Assembly: GCA_001772625.1 (NCBI GenBank)
Contig: MEVA01000003.1
Coordinates: 1-42,789, forward strand
DNA length: 42,789 bases
Direction: 5' to 3'
Source: a candidate division WWE3 bacterium RIFCSPHIGHO2_01_FULL_42_13
GTDB lineage: Bacteria; Patescibacteriota; WWE3; UBA101185; UBA10185
This document shows, piece by piece, positions 8,244 to 16,725 of this stretch (positions within the stretch are counted from its first letter, which is position 1; each line of letters opens with the position of its first letter). The translations under genes and the position numbers were made by a program. The notes below the pieces were generated by a model. The model saw only the letters and a program-made list of their open reading frames with translations, made no database searches and was not told the DNA's origin.

Positions 8244-8948
8244 CTATTCCTCTAAGATTGCTGGTTCGACCAGCGCTGTTTTATAATCTCCAATGCTTGT
8301 TCTAACCCTTTGACTTTGCGCTGTTGCGGGGTTGTAGAAGTCAAAGTAAAGTTCGACTATCTCTTGTGTGTTTAGTTGCCTAGCCTTTATCCCAAGCCTG
8401 TTAAACTCCCCGATTAAATGCTCAACTTTTGGAAGAAGATCCGGCTTAGCCCTCAATAGCGCCTGTTCAACATTCACCTTCACCCTTTTTGTGTGCATTC
8501 CAAGCAACCTTCCAATCCAATCAAACGGCGAGGAGCCAAGTTCCTGATATTTTGCACTCCCAGAGGGCACTACAACGTAGAATTTTTTATCTAAAACATC
8601 ATTTACTTTTATTATCTCCTGAATATACTTTCTGTAGGATTGCGCCTGCTGTTTCAAAAGAGGATCAGTAAGAGAGCGTTCAGTCTGAACAACTTTTGTT
8701 AAATAATTCGAAATATCCACCCTTTTTGATCTTATTACAACTTGCATCGGAAAAGTGATTGAGTTTAAAAGCATTGAAAATGCTGCGATGAGGGCATCCT
8801 GTTCTATTTCAGAAAGTAGTGCAAAGTTCACAGCTGTTGTTGTTATGACAGCAGCCACGTCCCCACTTTTCAGCACTACCAAGTCGTCCTTTATGTCCTC
8901 CATATCCAAGTGCTCTTGTGTAGTTGATTTAATTTCTGGAATAGTCAT
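8244..8948 (-). CDS. Hypothetical soluble protein resembling a standalone VirB4 N-terminal domain
   Basis: 234 aa with no TM. The N-terminus TTQEHLDMEDIKDDLVVLKSGDVAAVITTTAVNFALLSEIEQDALIAAFSMLLNSITFPMQVVIRSKRVD follows the same pattern as the VirB4 N-domain next door (VDIKDIIAPSAIEVDFNHVKVGNIYYRTLFVSGYPRFV...SLDISMFYYPV). Its stop abuts the virB4-like start. Confidence 0.45.
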   Translation of the reverse strand: MTIPEIKSTTQEHLDMEDIKDDLVVLKSGDVAAVITTTAVNFALLSEIEQDALIAAFSMLLNSITFPMQVVIRSKRVDISNYLTKVVQTERSLTDPLLKQQAQSYRKYIQEIIKVNDVLDKKFYVVVPSGSAKYQELGSSPFDWIGRLLGMHTKRVKVNVEQALLRAKPDLLPKVEHLIGEFNRLGIKARQLNTQEIVELYFDFYNPATAQSQRVRTSIGDYKTALVEPAILEE

Positions 8949-8951
8949 GCG

Positions 8952-10268
8952 TTATACTACCTTTCCGTCGAGAGTCAAAGGCGAAATAATCTGGCCTCTT
9001 GCCTCAACGTCAATTATATCAAAAGAATACCCACTTTCGTTGTTTACATCAGCAATAATTTTGTAATGCCCGTTTGGTAGCGGGTTTGTAATAGAAAACT
9101 GTCCCAAGGCATTTGTTTTTATAGCGCGTATAGGATCGTTGTGGGCGTTTTTAATTATAAGAAGGATATTTTGCAAACCTTTGTTTTTAACATCTCTCAC
9201 AACTCCAGCTACTACGTTTGGAATTGTGGTTTCTGGGGGTTTTGCCTCTACCGCTCTCTCGGCCAAAGTTTTGTTTGTGTCTTCTTTTACGGTTAAGTCT
9301 GACTGCGCATCTTTGGTTGCGGCGACTTGTTTCAAGAACTCTTTAAGTTGTTGGGCTTTTTCCTCGGCGCTTTGTTCTGCCTCAATTTCCTCAACAGGTC
9401 TAATTATTCTTTCTCCCCGAATAGGTAGAACTATGCTCCCATCGCTCGAAAGAAGGTTGGTAAATTTTCTTCCCGTGTGCCTATCTGGTGTTATTAGTGA
9501 AAGCGGCACAGACGGTGTTTGTGAAGGTGGAAATCTCAAACCCTGCTTTTGTCTTTTTATCTTTCGCGGCTGCTTGCTCGGAATTGCTTTTTGAATTTTT
9601 GGGGCCTCCTGGACTGCCGGCTTTTCGGTCGTTGGCTTGGTCTGTTGCTCCTGAAGCTGCTCGTTCTTGTATTCAGGTTCTGGCGTAGGTAGTGATTCAA
9701 ACTCAAACTGCTCCCCTTCGGTTATAGGCTCATCGAGAGCAACTGTAGTCTGCGCGGCACGCGCAGTTACAAAAGCTGCGTGAACCTTTTCTATATATGC
9801 CTGCTCGGGGATGTCTAAAGGGTCAACAATTTGGGTCTCCTGTTGGTATTGAAGATATTGCTCCAGCTTTCGTCTGCTGGCCGTGGGCGCGAGAGTTATT
9901 AACTCCTGTTTTACCAAGGCAATGTTTTCATGAAGAAACACTGCTGGAGGTGTGGGTTCCTTCCGCCAAACCTTTTGACTTTCTGTGTAAACTGCGGTAA
10001 AAAAATTAACCAACCACTCATCCAAGCCCCTATCTTCTACAGGTATAAAAGCAAATCCCAGCCCAAGGAGAAGCGAACCTACTATTGCGGGCCAGCGAAG
10101 AACAGCGGGAAGGTTAACGTAATAGGCCCCATACGCAATCGCACAAAAAATAAGCAGATAAAAGAACTGACGCATGGTCAGGTCTCCTATGAGTTTAAAC
10201 TCAACCTGCATTATGTTCTGTGGAACAGCGTGTTGCTGATTTATTTTGGGTCCGTCTCGTGGGGGCAT
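8952..10268 (-). CDS. PrgI/VirB3-like membrane protein fused to a low-complexity linker and a C-terminal carboxypeptidase-regulatory-like beta-sandwich
   Basis: The N-terminus AVPQNIMQVEFKLIGDLTMRQFFYLLIFCAIAYGAYYV plus a second TM matches the PrgI-family pattern. An E/Q/K/P-rich middle follows. The C-terminus is GVVRDVKNKGLQNILLIIKNAHNDPIRAIKTNALGQFSITNPLPNGHYKIIADV (CarboxypepD_reg-like). I chose ATG 10268; an alternative GTG lies at 10274. Confidence 0.6.
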   Translation of the reverse strand: MPPRDGPKINQQHAVPQNIMQVEFKLIGDLTMRQFFYLLIFCAIAYGAYYVNLPAVLRWPAIVGSLLLGLGFAFIPVEDRGLDEWLVNFFTAVYTESQKVWRKEPTPPAVFLHENIALVKQELITLAPTASRRKLEQYLQYQQETQIVDPLDIPEQAYIEKVHAAFVTARAAQTTVALDEPITEGEQFEFESLPTPEPEYKNEQLQEQQTKPTTEKPAVQEAPKIQKAIPSKQPRKIKRQKQGLRFPPSQTPSVPLSLITPDRHTGRKFTNLLSSDGSIVLPIRGERIIRPVEEIEAEQSAEEKAQQLKEFLKQVAATKDAQSDLTVKEDTNKTLAERAVEAKPPETTIPNVVAGVVRDVKNKGLQNILLIIKNAHNDPIRAIKTNALGQFSITNPLPNGHYKIIADVNNESGYSFDIIDVEARGQIISPLTLDGKVV

Positions 10269-10276
10269 GTGCACCT

Positions 10277-10282
10277 ATTATA
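10277..10282 (-). promoter_or_regulatory. -10 box (TATAAT) 8 nt upstream of ATG 10268
   Basis: Minus strand reads cttATAAT... precisely TATAATaggtgcacATG. Confidence 0.4.
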
Positions 10283-10326
10283 AGCGAAGATGGGATTTTT
10301 TGAAGGGGAGACTCTAAAAGCGAGAA

Positions 10327-11649
10327 TTATTTTCTTCTTGTCGGTTTTTTAGGTTCCAAGAAAGCTTCTTCAAGACGGCCCGGTATTTTGGTGGATTCAA
10401 TCAAAATCCACAGACCCAAGAGCGGGGCGGAAAAGGCCACGAAGGTAGCAGTGCCGAGTTGGCTAAGTATGTAGCCTATATCCCAGCTAAGATTTATGTT
10501 GAAAAAAGAAGACCACGCGGATCTCATTATAAAGAAGGCAAAATGGAGTCCAAAATACATTGCAGGTATAGACACAACTCGCACAGCTAACAGTTTAAAC
10601 CAATTTACGGTAAGAGCTTCGTTTCCAGGTATGGCCCCAAACGCAAATGTCAAAGGCGCGCTCACAATAGATATTATTATTTTTAGCGTTATTATGAGTC
10701 CTTTTATTGCAATAATAAACCACAAAATAAGCCAAATAATGCCAAAACCAATGAATACAAATGCGGCAACGCCCCCTGTGGCTATGGTGATCCCTATAAG
10801 CATTAAAATAACAACAACATCCGAAACCAAACCAACCCAGCCAAGGCTTGCATTTAGGTCATTAAAAATTGCCCCAGGTACCACGTTAAGAGGGCCTGTA
10901 AGTGAGGCAGCCAGCGCGCCGATTGGGTAACTGAACGTAATCAGTATTAAGGCGAGCACTACCCTCGGTAGGGCGTTTTGTACGGTTACGTTTACTCGTG
11001 GGCTAAGCTCCTTCCTCGTCATAATCATTATGCCGATTACAAGCATAGCTACAGCCAGAGCTCCGTATGCTAAGTTTCTGGTTACCACCCATACCTTAAG
11101 TATATGGTCGAGTAGAGGTTGGTTTTTATAGAGTGTTTTGTCTTGCGCAAACGCCGTATTTTTTAGAAGAGGTATCCTTTGTGCCGTGTAGTTTATATAG
11201 TAGGCCAAGCTAACCGGAGCGGGAGTTTTAAATGCGGCCTCATTGGTCAAAGTTGTAACTCCCATAAGCGTGCCTGAAGTTCTTGTGTACCTCGACGGGT
11301 CGCCGAGACCTTGACACTCCGGTGAAAACCCCCCAAGTCCAAATCTGCTTACGAAGTCTGATATGCATGCGTGTAACTGTCCAAGAGAGTACCCAGTTGC
11401 TAATGTGACTGGATAAAGCATGGACGATAAGAAAAGATTGGAGGATGTGCTGCTAATGTCAATATTAGGGTGGGCCTTCCGGTTGTTGTAATATATGCAC
11501 TCCTCTGGATTGTTGTTTGGTGTGTCACATGGGTCTCCAGCACCTTGAGCAAAAACTGGCAACGGAGTGCTGATTACCAGCACAGAAGTTATAAGGAAAA
11601 CGGACAGTATCTTTTTAAACCTCAGTTTCATACGCTCTAATTTTTTCAC
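10327..11649 (-). CDS. Polytopic membrane protein with signal peptide; VirB6/TrbL/ConG-like candidate
   Basis: 440 aa with signal peptide ...LVISTPLPVFAQGAG, a ~170-aa ectodomain containing Cys residues, then at least 6 TM helices. It lies in an operon-like array with PrgI-like and VirB4-like genes. The GTG start at 11649 is uncertain; ATG 11631 is an alternative. Confidence 0.45.
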   Translation of the reverse strand: MKKLERMKLRFKKILSVFLITSVLVISTPLPVFAQGAGDPCDTPNNNPEECIYYNNRKAHPNIDISSTSSNLFLSSMLYPVTLATGYSLGQLHACISDFVSRFGLGGFSPECQGLGDPSRYTRTSGTLMGVTTLTNEAAFKTPAPVSLAYYINYTAQRIPLLKNTAFAQDKTLYKNQPLLDHILKVWVVTRNLAYGALAVAMLVIGIMIMTRKELSPRVNVTVQNALPRVVLALILITFSYPIGALAASLTGPLNVVPGAIFNDLNASLGWVGLVSDVVVILMLIGITIATGGVAAFVFIGFGIIWLILWFIIAIKGLIITLKIIISIVSAPLTFAFGAIPGNEALTVNWFKLLAVRVVSIPAMYFGLHFAFFIMRSAWSSFFNINLSWDIGYILSQLGTATFVAFSAPLLGLWILIESTKIPGRLEEAFLEPKKPTRRK

Positions 11650-11700
11650 ATAATCTCACTTTATTCAACATAGATCTTTGCTATTTATGCTCAGTACCGT

Positions 11701-11706
11701 TAAAAT
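11701..11706 (+). promoter_or_regulatory. -10 box (TAAAAT) 6 nt upstream of ATG 11713
   Basis: cgtTAAAATtttttcATG with no SD. Confidence 0.4.
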
Positions 11707-11712
11707 TTTTTC

Positions 11713-14700
11713 ATGGCTTCAGGAAACCCACTCTACCCCGGCTATTATCCCGGCACACCTCAAATAAGAAGACCTCAAGGCGGAGGCCCCCCCAAACCAT
11801 ATTACGATCCAACCGCCCTACAGAAAATTTTGGAGTTGGAAATTGATACGGCAATCGAACCTATTGTCGGGGTGCCCAGGTGGTTTAAGGAAAGGCTTGT
11901 TGAGGATCTCAAATCCAGCTTGAAAAAATTTGTGTCCCCGGCCGGCGAAGATTATTCCGGTGCGGAAGCGCAACAGTTAGCAGCAATGTACAGCGCTGGG
12001 GAGTTGGAAGAAATGCCCGGCGTTTCTGGCATAGAGTTTAATTTCAATCCTGTGGATTGGATCACGAGCCCTTCCAAACAAATTACTAATTTCGCTAGAG
12101 ATGCTGCGAAAAACGTTTTTAATTGGGATGACTTTCAGCAACGAAGAGAAAATGAGTTTTGGGAAAACTTGTTACACGGCAAACCCGCACAAAGTAGGAT
12201 CGACTCTTGGTTTAGAGGGATGGCAGTAGGAGAGGCTCCCACACTAAGTCTCAGAGGTTATGGCGTTGTTACAAAAAGGCAGAAGGACGATTTTTTTGGA
12301 AACAAATATATTCAGACTGCCGATGTTTACGAGGAGGCAGCTCAGGGATTTATTGATGCGATGGCCGGTGCCAAATCTGTTATATCAAGGGGAAAAACTT
12401 ACGGGAAATGGCAAGGTAAGGTACTTACCGCAGTCAGGGAAGACATTGGTAGATATTTAGATCCTAAAAACACAGACCCTGCGATACGTGCGGTTGCGAA
12501 CACCCTTAGTGCTACGGAAAAAGGAGCCTTGGAGGCCCTTACCCTCCAAGCTGACCTTACTAACAAATCAGCGGAAGTTATGTCCAAACTTACAAAGGTT
12601 ACTGAGTCTGTGGACAAAGTTATCACTTCTGGAGCTTCCGTCGCAGACATCCAAAGCAAGCTCGGCTCCTTGTCGAGAAATGTTTCTGATGCCGAGGAAA
12701 TTATTAATAAGATAAATCAAGGAGGAAGCACCGGTCAAATGGTGATTTCCGTAGAGGTAGAAAAAAGAATCAAAGATATAGAGGACAACATTAACTACAT
12801 CAAAGGAAATATCTTGAATGTAGATCCAACCACCCCCAACTTTTCACCAAAAGTTTTTAGATCCGTCGTGGAGGGTCAGAGATCATCTATGATCACCGGC
12901 AACCTTTTCGTAAACAAAGGCGGGGTTCTTAGGGCTGGTACGGTGAGTAATTTGGCAACAGAAGTAATAGAAAAGGAACTGCTTAACGAAAATTCCGCAG
13001 CAAGCAGAGCTATGAGAAAGCTGGGTATGCGGGGACCGGAGGCTACAAGAAGACTAGCTGTTATAGCAAACACAAGAAGAGACCAAGAAGTACTAATTGA
13101 TTTTCTTGACTCTGTTTCTAAAGGTACCGTCTTAAAAACACACCTTTGGACGTTATTTATAAAGCCTCGAGTTATGGCGTGGACACCTGCTTACACGGCA
13201 GAAAAGTTTTTAGAGAAAACATTTTTCTTTGGGGCCTCTATACCTAACGATGCCAAGACATTTGATGAGGGGTATGGGTTTTTCAAGAACATGGTTAAGG
13301 GAAAGGGTGCGTTTAAGAACATGGTTGAAATTAATGGGCTTGATTCAGGGTTAAACCCATTGTTCAAAATTAAGTTCCAAGGCGACGAAATGTTTCACGT
13401 GCCCAAGGCGTTTTTGGGTTTTGCAGATAAGGCGAACGAAATAAGATTTATTGATGCAATAAGAGATTCCAAAAGCAAAACGGACCTTTTACATTTTTTT
13501 AATGGGAGGTTTGCTGCTTCGGGAGTTCAACCAGGAGTGACGGCGACCTTTCCAAATCTTCCTGAAGGTATGCCTAAAGCTTTGGTGCTAAAGTTCAGAA
13601 AGTTTTTATATGAGCACAGAGCTGAATTTGGCAATCTTACACAAGAAGGCCTCCTTTTCGATGCGAAGGGATTACTTATTACAACAGGGGCGGATGGCGA
13701 GCATAACTTTGCTATAATTCACGCTTTTATTAATGGAATTGGGGAAAGAGAGCGTAAAGGTTATTTCGTAAGCATCACAAGTAAATATTCCGGTTGGTTG
13801 GAAAAGATTACACAAAAGCTCAACCACGTACAAAATAAAGTTTATAGTCGTCTAAGTCCAATCATAGGACGAATAACCTACCCAATTACTGTTATAACAC
13901 AGCGAGTTGTCGATGTGCTTACTACGGCAATCATGGGTGCTTTGGAAGCCGTTTCCGCCGGAGCAGCTGTAGTGCTCGCACCCATTGTTAAATTAATCGT
14001 GAAGTTTGTGGTTGCGGCGGTAGCCAGATCAATTGCGCGTTTTGGTAGCTCCATTGGAAAGGCCATTCTCAAATTTGATTTCTCCGAAATATTTGAACAA
14101 GCGGCAGAGGCCCGTGAGAGGTCTTTAAAAACAACAGTTATACTTTTATCTATACCACTCCTTCTTGTTGGTTTAATATTTTTCATCGTTTTTGGAGGCA
14201 TGTCAGCTATTCTCTCTACAATTTCTCCAACAGACCCAACTAGAGGCGCTGTTGCAATAGACATTGATGGAGGCGTAATAAGTGATTACGAGGGAGGTTC
14301 TGCAGTAGACATAGACTGCTTTACGTTTGTGGATTCTACCAGCACAATTACGATTGGCGGAAGCACCTATCACTTAAAAGCTTGGGATCAAAATCAAGTG
14401 AGTGGTGTTTTTGCCTCTGCTATAGCCGCACTGCAATCAAGAAGCGGAGCTTATTTAGGTAAGCTGTGTGCCGCAGGCTCAATCACTTTATTAAGGGCTT
14501 CGGATACGCCAGGCAACTGCGCTCACGTAAGTGCCTCAGATGAGATAGTTTATACAGACCAGTGTAGCTATTCCACACAAACCTATGTTGATTACTTGTT
14601 TGCCCACGAAACAGGACACGTTTACGATGGGAGAAATGCTGACATTTACGGACTTTTTGAGAGCTATGTTTATGGGGAGCCTAAGATACCTACCTACTCT

Positions 14701-14856
14701 TTATCCTGCGGGGGTGGGCAATCCGTCAGTGAAGACTTTGCTGAAACAATAGGAGTAACCATTGGTGTTAATAACGACTGTGCGCCAGCGTACACTTTAA
14801 ATTGGGCAAACCATCCAAAGCATCTAGAGTTTGCCAGAAACTATTTGTTTAATTAG
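11713..14856 (+). CDS. Giant membrane protein: ~720-aa cytoplasmic N-region, TM cluster, C-terminal extracytoplasmic zincin-like (HExxH) module
   Basis: 1047 aa with no signal peptide and a Pro/Gly-rich N-terminus. A hydrophobic cluster lies at about 13876-14203. HETGH at 14605-14619 sits in the context LFAHETGHVYDG, followed by SEDFAETIG. The C-terminal module contains several Cys. Confidence 0.6.
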   Translation: MASGNPLYPGYYPGTPQIRRPQGGGPPKPYYDPTALQKILELEIDTAIEPIVGVPRWFKERLVEDLKSSLKKFVSPAGEDYSGAEAQQLAAMYSAGELEEMPGVSGIEFNFNPVDWITSPSKQITNFARDAAKNVFNWDDFQQRRENEFWENLLHGKPAQSRIDSWFRGMAVGEAPTLSLRGYGVVTKRQKDDFFGNKYIQTADVYEEAAQGFIDAMAGAKSVISRGKTYGKWQGKVLTAVREDIGRYLDPKNTDPAIRAVANTLSATEKGALEALTLQADLTNKSAEVMSKLTKVTESVDKVITSGASVADIQSKLGSLSRNVSDAEEIINKINQGGSTGQMVISVEVEKRIKDIEDNINYIKGNILNVDPTTPNFSPKVFRSVVEGQRSSMITGNLFVNKGGVLRAGTVSNLATEVIEKELLNENSAASRAMRKLGMRGPEATRRLAVIANTRRDQEVLIDFLDSVSKGTVLKTHLWTLFIKPRVMAWTPAYTAEKFLEKTFFFGASIPNDAKTFDEGYGFFKNMVKGKGAFKNMVEINGLDSGLNPLFKIKFQGDEMFHVPKAFLGFADKANEIRFIDAIRDSKSKTDLLHFFNGRFAASGVQPGVTATFPNLPEGMPKALVLKFRKFLYEHRAEFGNLTQEGLLFDAKGLLITTGADGEHNFAIIHAFINGIGERERKGYFVSITSKYSGWLEKITQKLNHVQNKVYSRLSPIIGRITYPITVITQRVVDVLTTAIMGALEAVSAGAAVVLAPIVKLIVKFVVAAVARSIARFGSSIGKAILKFDFSEIFEQAAEARERSLKTTVILLSIPLLLVGLIFFIVFGGMSAILSTISPTDPTRGAVAIDIDGGVISDYEGGSAVDIDCFTFVDSTSTITIGGSTYHLKAWDQNQVSGVFASAIAALQSRSGAYLGKLCAAGSITLLRASDTPGNCAHVSASDEIVYTDQCSYSTQTYVDYLFAHETGHVYDGRNADIYGLFESYVYGEPKIPTYSLSCGGGQSVSEDFAETIGVTIGVNNDCAPAYTLNWANHPKHLEFARNYLFN

Positions 14857-14870
14857 TGTGAGAATAATAT

Positions 14871-15491
14871 ATGTTAAGAAACCTACTAAATAAATATAAA
14901 AGCGCCATAATATTACTTTTCCTTATAACGCTTTTGTTCTTTTCCGCAATCTTTTTAAGTGGAGAAGATCCGTCCCAACAGCCCATCCCGGTCCCATTTG
15001 TTAAAGAAAGTCGTTCCGAGGAGAAGAATGTGTGGAACGATTTGCTTCCAGGAACATCGGCTGTTATTGAGGGCGAAGATGTTGGATCGGCAGAATTTTT
15101 AAATCAGGAAAGTTACAATGATTTGTACTCGGTCTCGATGTACAAGTTAGAGGGTCCCGAAGCATCCAATGTTCCGACAGAGGTTTACTCGAAGAAAGAT
15201 ACCGGAGTTGTGGATTATATTATCGTTCCAGTTCTTAATACAAGTCAGGGTCATTTGGAGAGAGTAATAGAGGAAAACAATCTAGGAGAACCAGACCTTG
15301 AGTTGTATGTTGTAGATGAGTTTGCACAAAAAATGTATGTGTTTTTGGGTGAGGGTTTGGCATTTAGAGCCAATGAAATTTCTGGGGGCATTATAAGGCG
15401 CATTTACTTTACGCCAACAACCGCCGAAAGGTTTTTGGAGTTTTGGGGTGGTGCAGCCTCCGTAGAAGAGCCGCTATTCCAGCACCCTTGA
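14871..15491 (+). CDS. Bitopic membrane protein (N-terminal TM anchor + ~170-aa ectodomain), function unknown
   Basis: 206 aa with SAIILLFLITLLFFSAIFL as the single TM. It starts 14 nt after the 1047-aa gene, so it is probably co-transcribed. Confidence 0.55.
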   Translation: MLRNLLNKYKSAIILLFLITLLFFSAIFLSGEDPSQQPIPVPFVKESRSEEKNVWNDLLPGTSAVIEGEDVGSAEFLNQESYNDLYSVSMYKLEGPEASNVPTEVYSKKDTGVVDYIIVPVLNTSQGHLERVIEENNLGEPDLELYVVDEFAQKMYVFLGEGLAFRANEISGGIIRRIYFTPTTAERFLEFWGGAASVEEPLFQHP

Positions 15492-15501
15492 TTGCGGCTG
15501 A

Positions 15502-15969
15502 CTACTTATAGTTCTCAATGCCTGCTATCCTGAAGAGGTTCTCAAGCCCCTGTTGCAACCTTTGGAAAGGTGCCAGAACGACCACTTCTTTTAAGCCAAA
15601 AATTCTTTGGATAAAACTTAGTATTAGATACATTCCTATGATAACCGCAAATCCCAATAAAGCGTGAGTTAGGGTGCTCTTTGCTCCATCCAGGCCTTTT
15701 GGATCTCCTTGCGACAGTGCATATTTGTAAGCGCCCATAAAAATCATAAGTACAAACCCAGCCCCAGCGAGCAGAGTCAGAACGTTTAAAATTCCAACAA
15801 TCGGACATATAATCTGTAACGGAGAGGGCGCATAATTGTTTTTTTCCACCAGATTTCTCTCGGATATATTACAGAAAGACGTATCAGGGTCTGTTATCTG
15901 CGCATGGGCCGTATTAGTAGATAGTATCAAAATCAAAATTATTGCTGTTAGTACTTTTATTTTGCTCAT
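15502..15969 (-). CDS. VirB2/TrbC-like T4SS pilin paralog (155 aa)
   Basis: Signal peptide MSKIKVLTAIILILILSTNTAHAQ followed by two TM helices. They flank the shared loop motif GAYKYALSQGDPKGLDGAKSTLTHALLG. Confidence 0.6.
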   Translation of the reverse strand: MSKIKVLTAIILILILSTNTAHAQITDPDTSFCNISERNLVEKNNYAPSPLQIICPIVGILNVLTLLAGAGFVLMIFMGAYKYALSQGDPKGLDGAKSTLTHALLGFAVIIGMYLILSFIQRIFGLKEVVVLAPFQRLQQGLENLFRIAGIENYK

Positions 15970-15993
15970 ATTAATTATTAATTACAGGAGTTT

Positions 15994-16308
15994 CTAAATC
16001 CCCACGGGCAGTATTGGTATTTCCTGTTCCGTAAAAACACCCGACACTATCCCAACTATTGTGTACGCAGTGATAGTTAATATCATAGCAATAATACTGT
16101 AAGTTAATGCATTTTTTGCTGACGTCGCGGCTTTTATGTCCCCGCGGCTTGTAATATATTTTATACCTGAAAGTATTACGGCGATTAAAGAAATGGCAGC
16201 CCCGATACCAAACGCAACATTTAAGGCCACGGCTACATAGTCCCCAAGCGTAGTAAATTCCCCTATATTTGCAATCGGATTAAGGTAATTATCAAACATA
16301 AATTTCAA
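15994..16308 (-). CDS. VirB2/TrbC-like T4SS pilin paralog (104 aa)
   Basis: Two TM helices flank SGIKYITSRGDIKAATSAKNALTYSII, the same motif as the neighbouring paralogs. Confidence 0.6.
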   Translation of the reverse strand: MKFMFDNYLNPIANIGEFTTLGDYVAVALNVAFGIGAAISLIAVILSGIKYITSRGDIKAATSAKNALTYSIIAMILTITAYTIVGIVSGVFTEQEIPILPVGI

Positions 16309-16311
16309 AGC

Positions 16312-16346
16312 CTACAAAACACCGCGGCCTCGGCAAGCGAGGCCGC
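16312..16346 (-). terminator. Intrinsic-terminator-like hairpin between pilin genes
   Basis: Perfect 9-bp GC-rich stem GCGGCCTCG/CGAGGCCGC (16324-16346) with a 5-nt loop. On the minus strand GGUGUUUUGUAGG follows it. It begins 19 nt after the stop of the 112-aa pilin gene. Confidence 0.6.
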
Positions 16347-16364
16347 ATACCTCTCCACTAAAGC

Positions 16365-16703
16365 TTAGAGACCGATATTGGGAACTGGCTCCTCAACTCC
16401 GCCGCCCGAGGCCCCAAGTATCGAGACCATCACTGTTTTAATAGTAAAGGCTCCAATAACAACGATGAATCCAATTACCGCGTTGGTCAAAGAAGTGCGT
16501 GCTTCTTGTGCCGCCTTTTGATCGCCTTTAGAGGTGATGTACTGAATACCTCCAAGAATTAGGAAAATTATCGTTAAGGAAATACCAATTCCAAGCACAA
16601 CGTTCACCGCCAATGTAAATACATCAGTAAGAGAAGTTATGTTTGTTATTGTTACTTGTTTAAGAGTGACTGCGTATACCGGTTGCAATAGATTCGCTAG
16701 CAT
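16365..16703 (-). CDS. VirB2/TrbC-like T4SS pilin paralog (112 aa); candidate major pilin
   Basis: Two TM helices flank GGIQYITSKGDQKAAQEARTSLTNAVIG. It has the strongest SD in the locus (AAGGGGGTG about 10 nt upstream of the ATG) and the only clear terminator hairpin downstream. Confidence 0.62.
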   Translation of the reverse strand: MLANLLQPVYAVTLKQVTITNITSLTDVFTLAVNVVLGIGISLTIIFLILGGIQYITSKGDQKAAQEARTSLTNAVIGFIVVIGAFTIKTVMVSILGASGGGVEEPVPNIGL

Positions 16704-16725
16704 TAAGAATACACCCCCTTTTAAA

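Noticed and set aside
15489-15491. Possibility of an alternative genetic code (UGA reassigned), as in some CPR lineages
   Set aside because: TGA terminates well-defined genes here (the 206-aa gene, dnaG and the 73-aa gene at 20011-20013). Conserved proteins such as DnaA, DnaN, GlmS and RpoD are full length with no internal TGA.
15542-15808. 88-aa alternative-frame ORF inside the 155-aa pilin gene
   Set aside because: It sits on the same strand in a shifted frame inside a gene with a clear signal peptide and a conserved pilin motif. It has no independent support.
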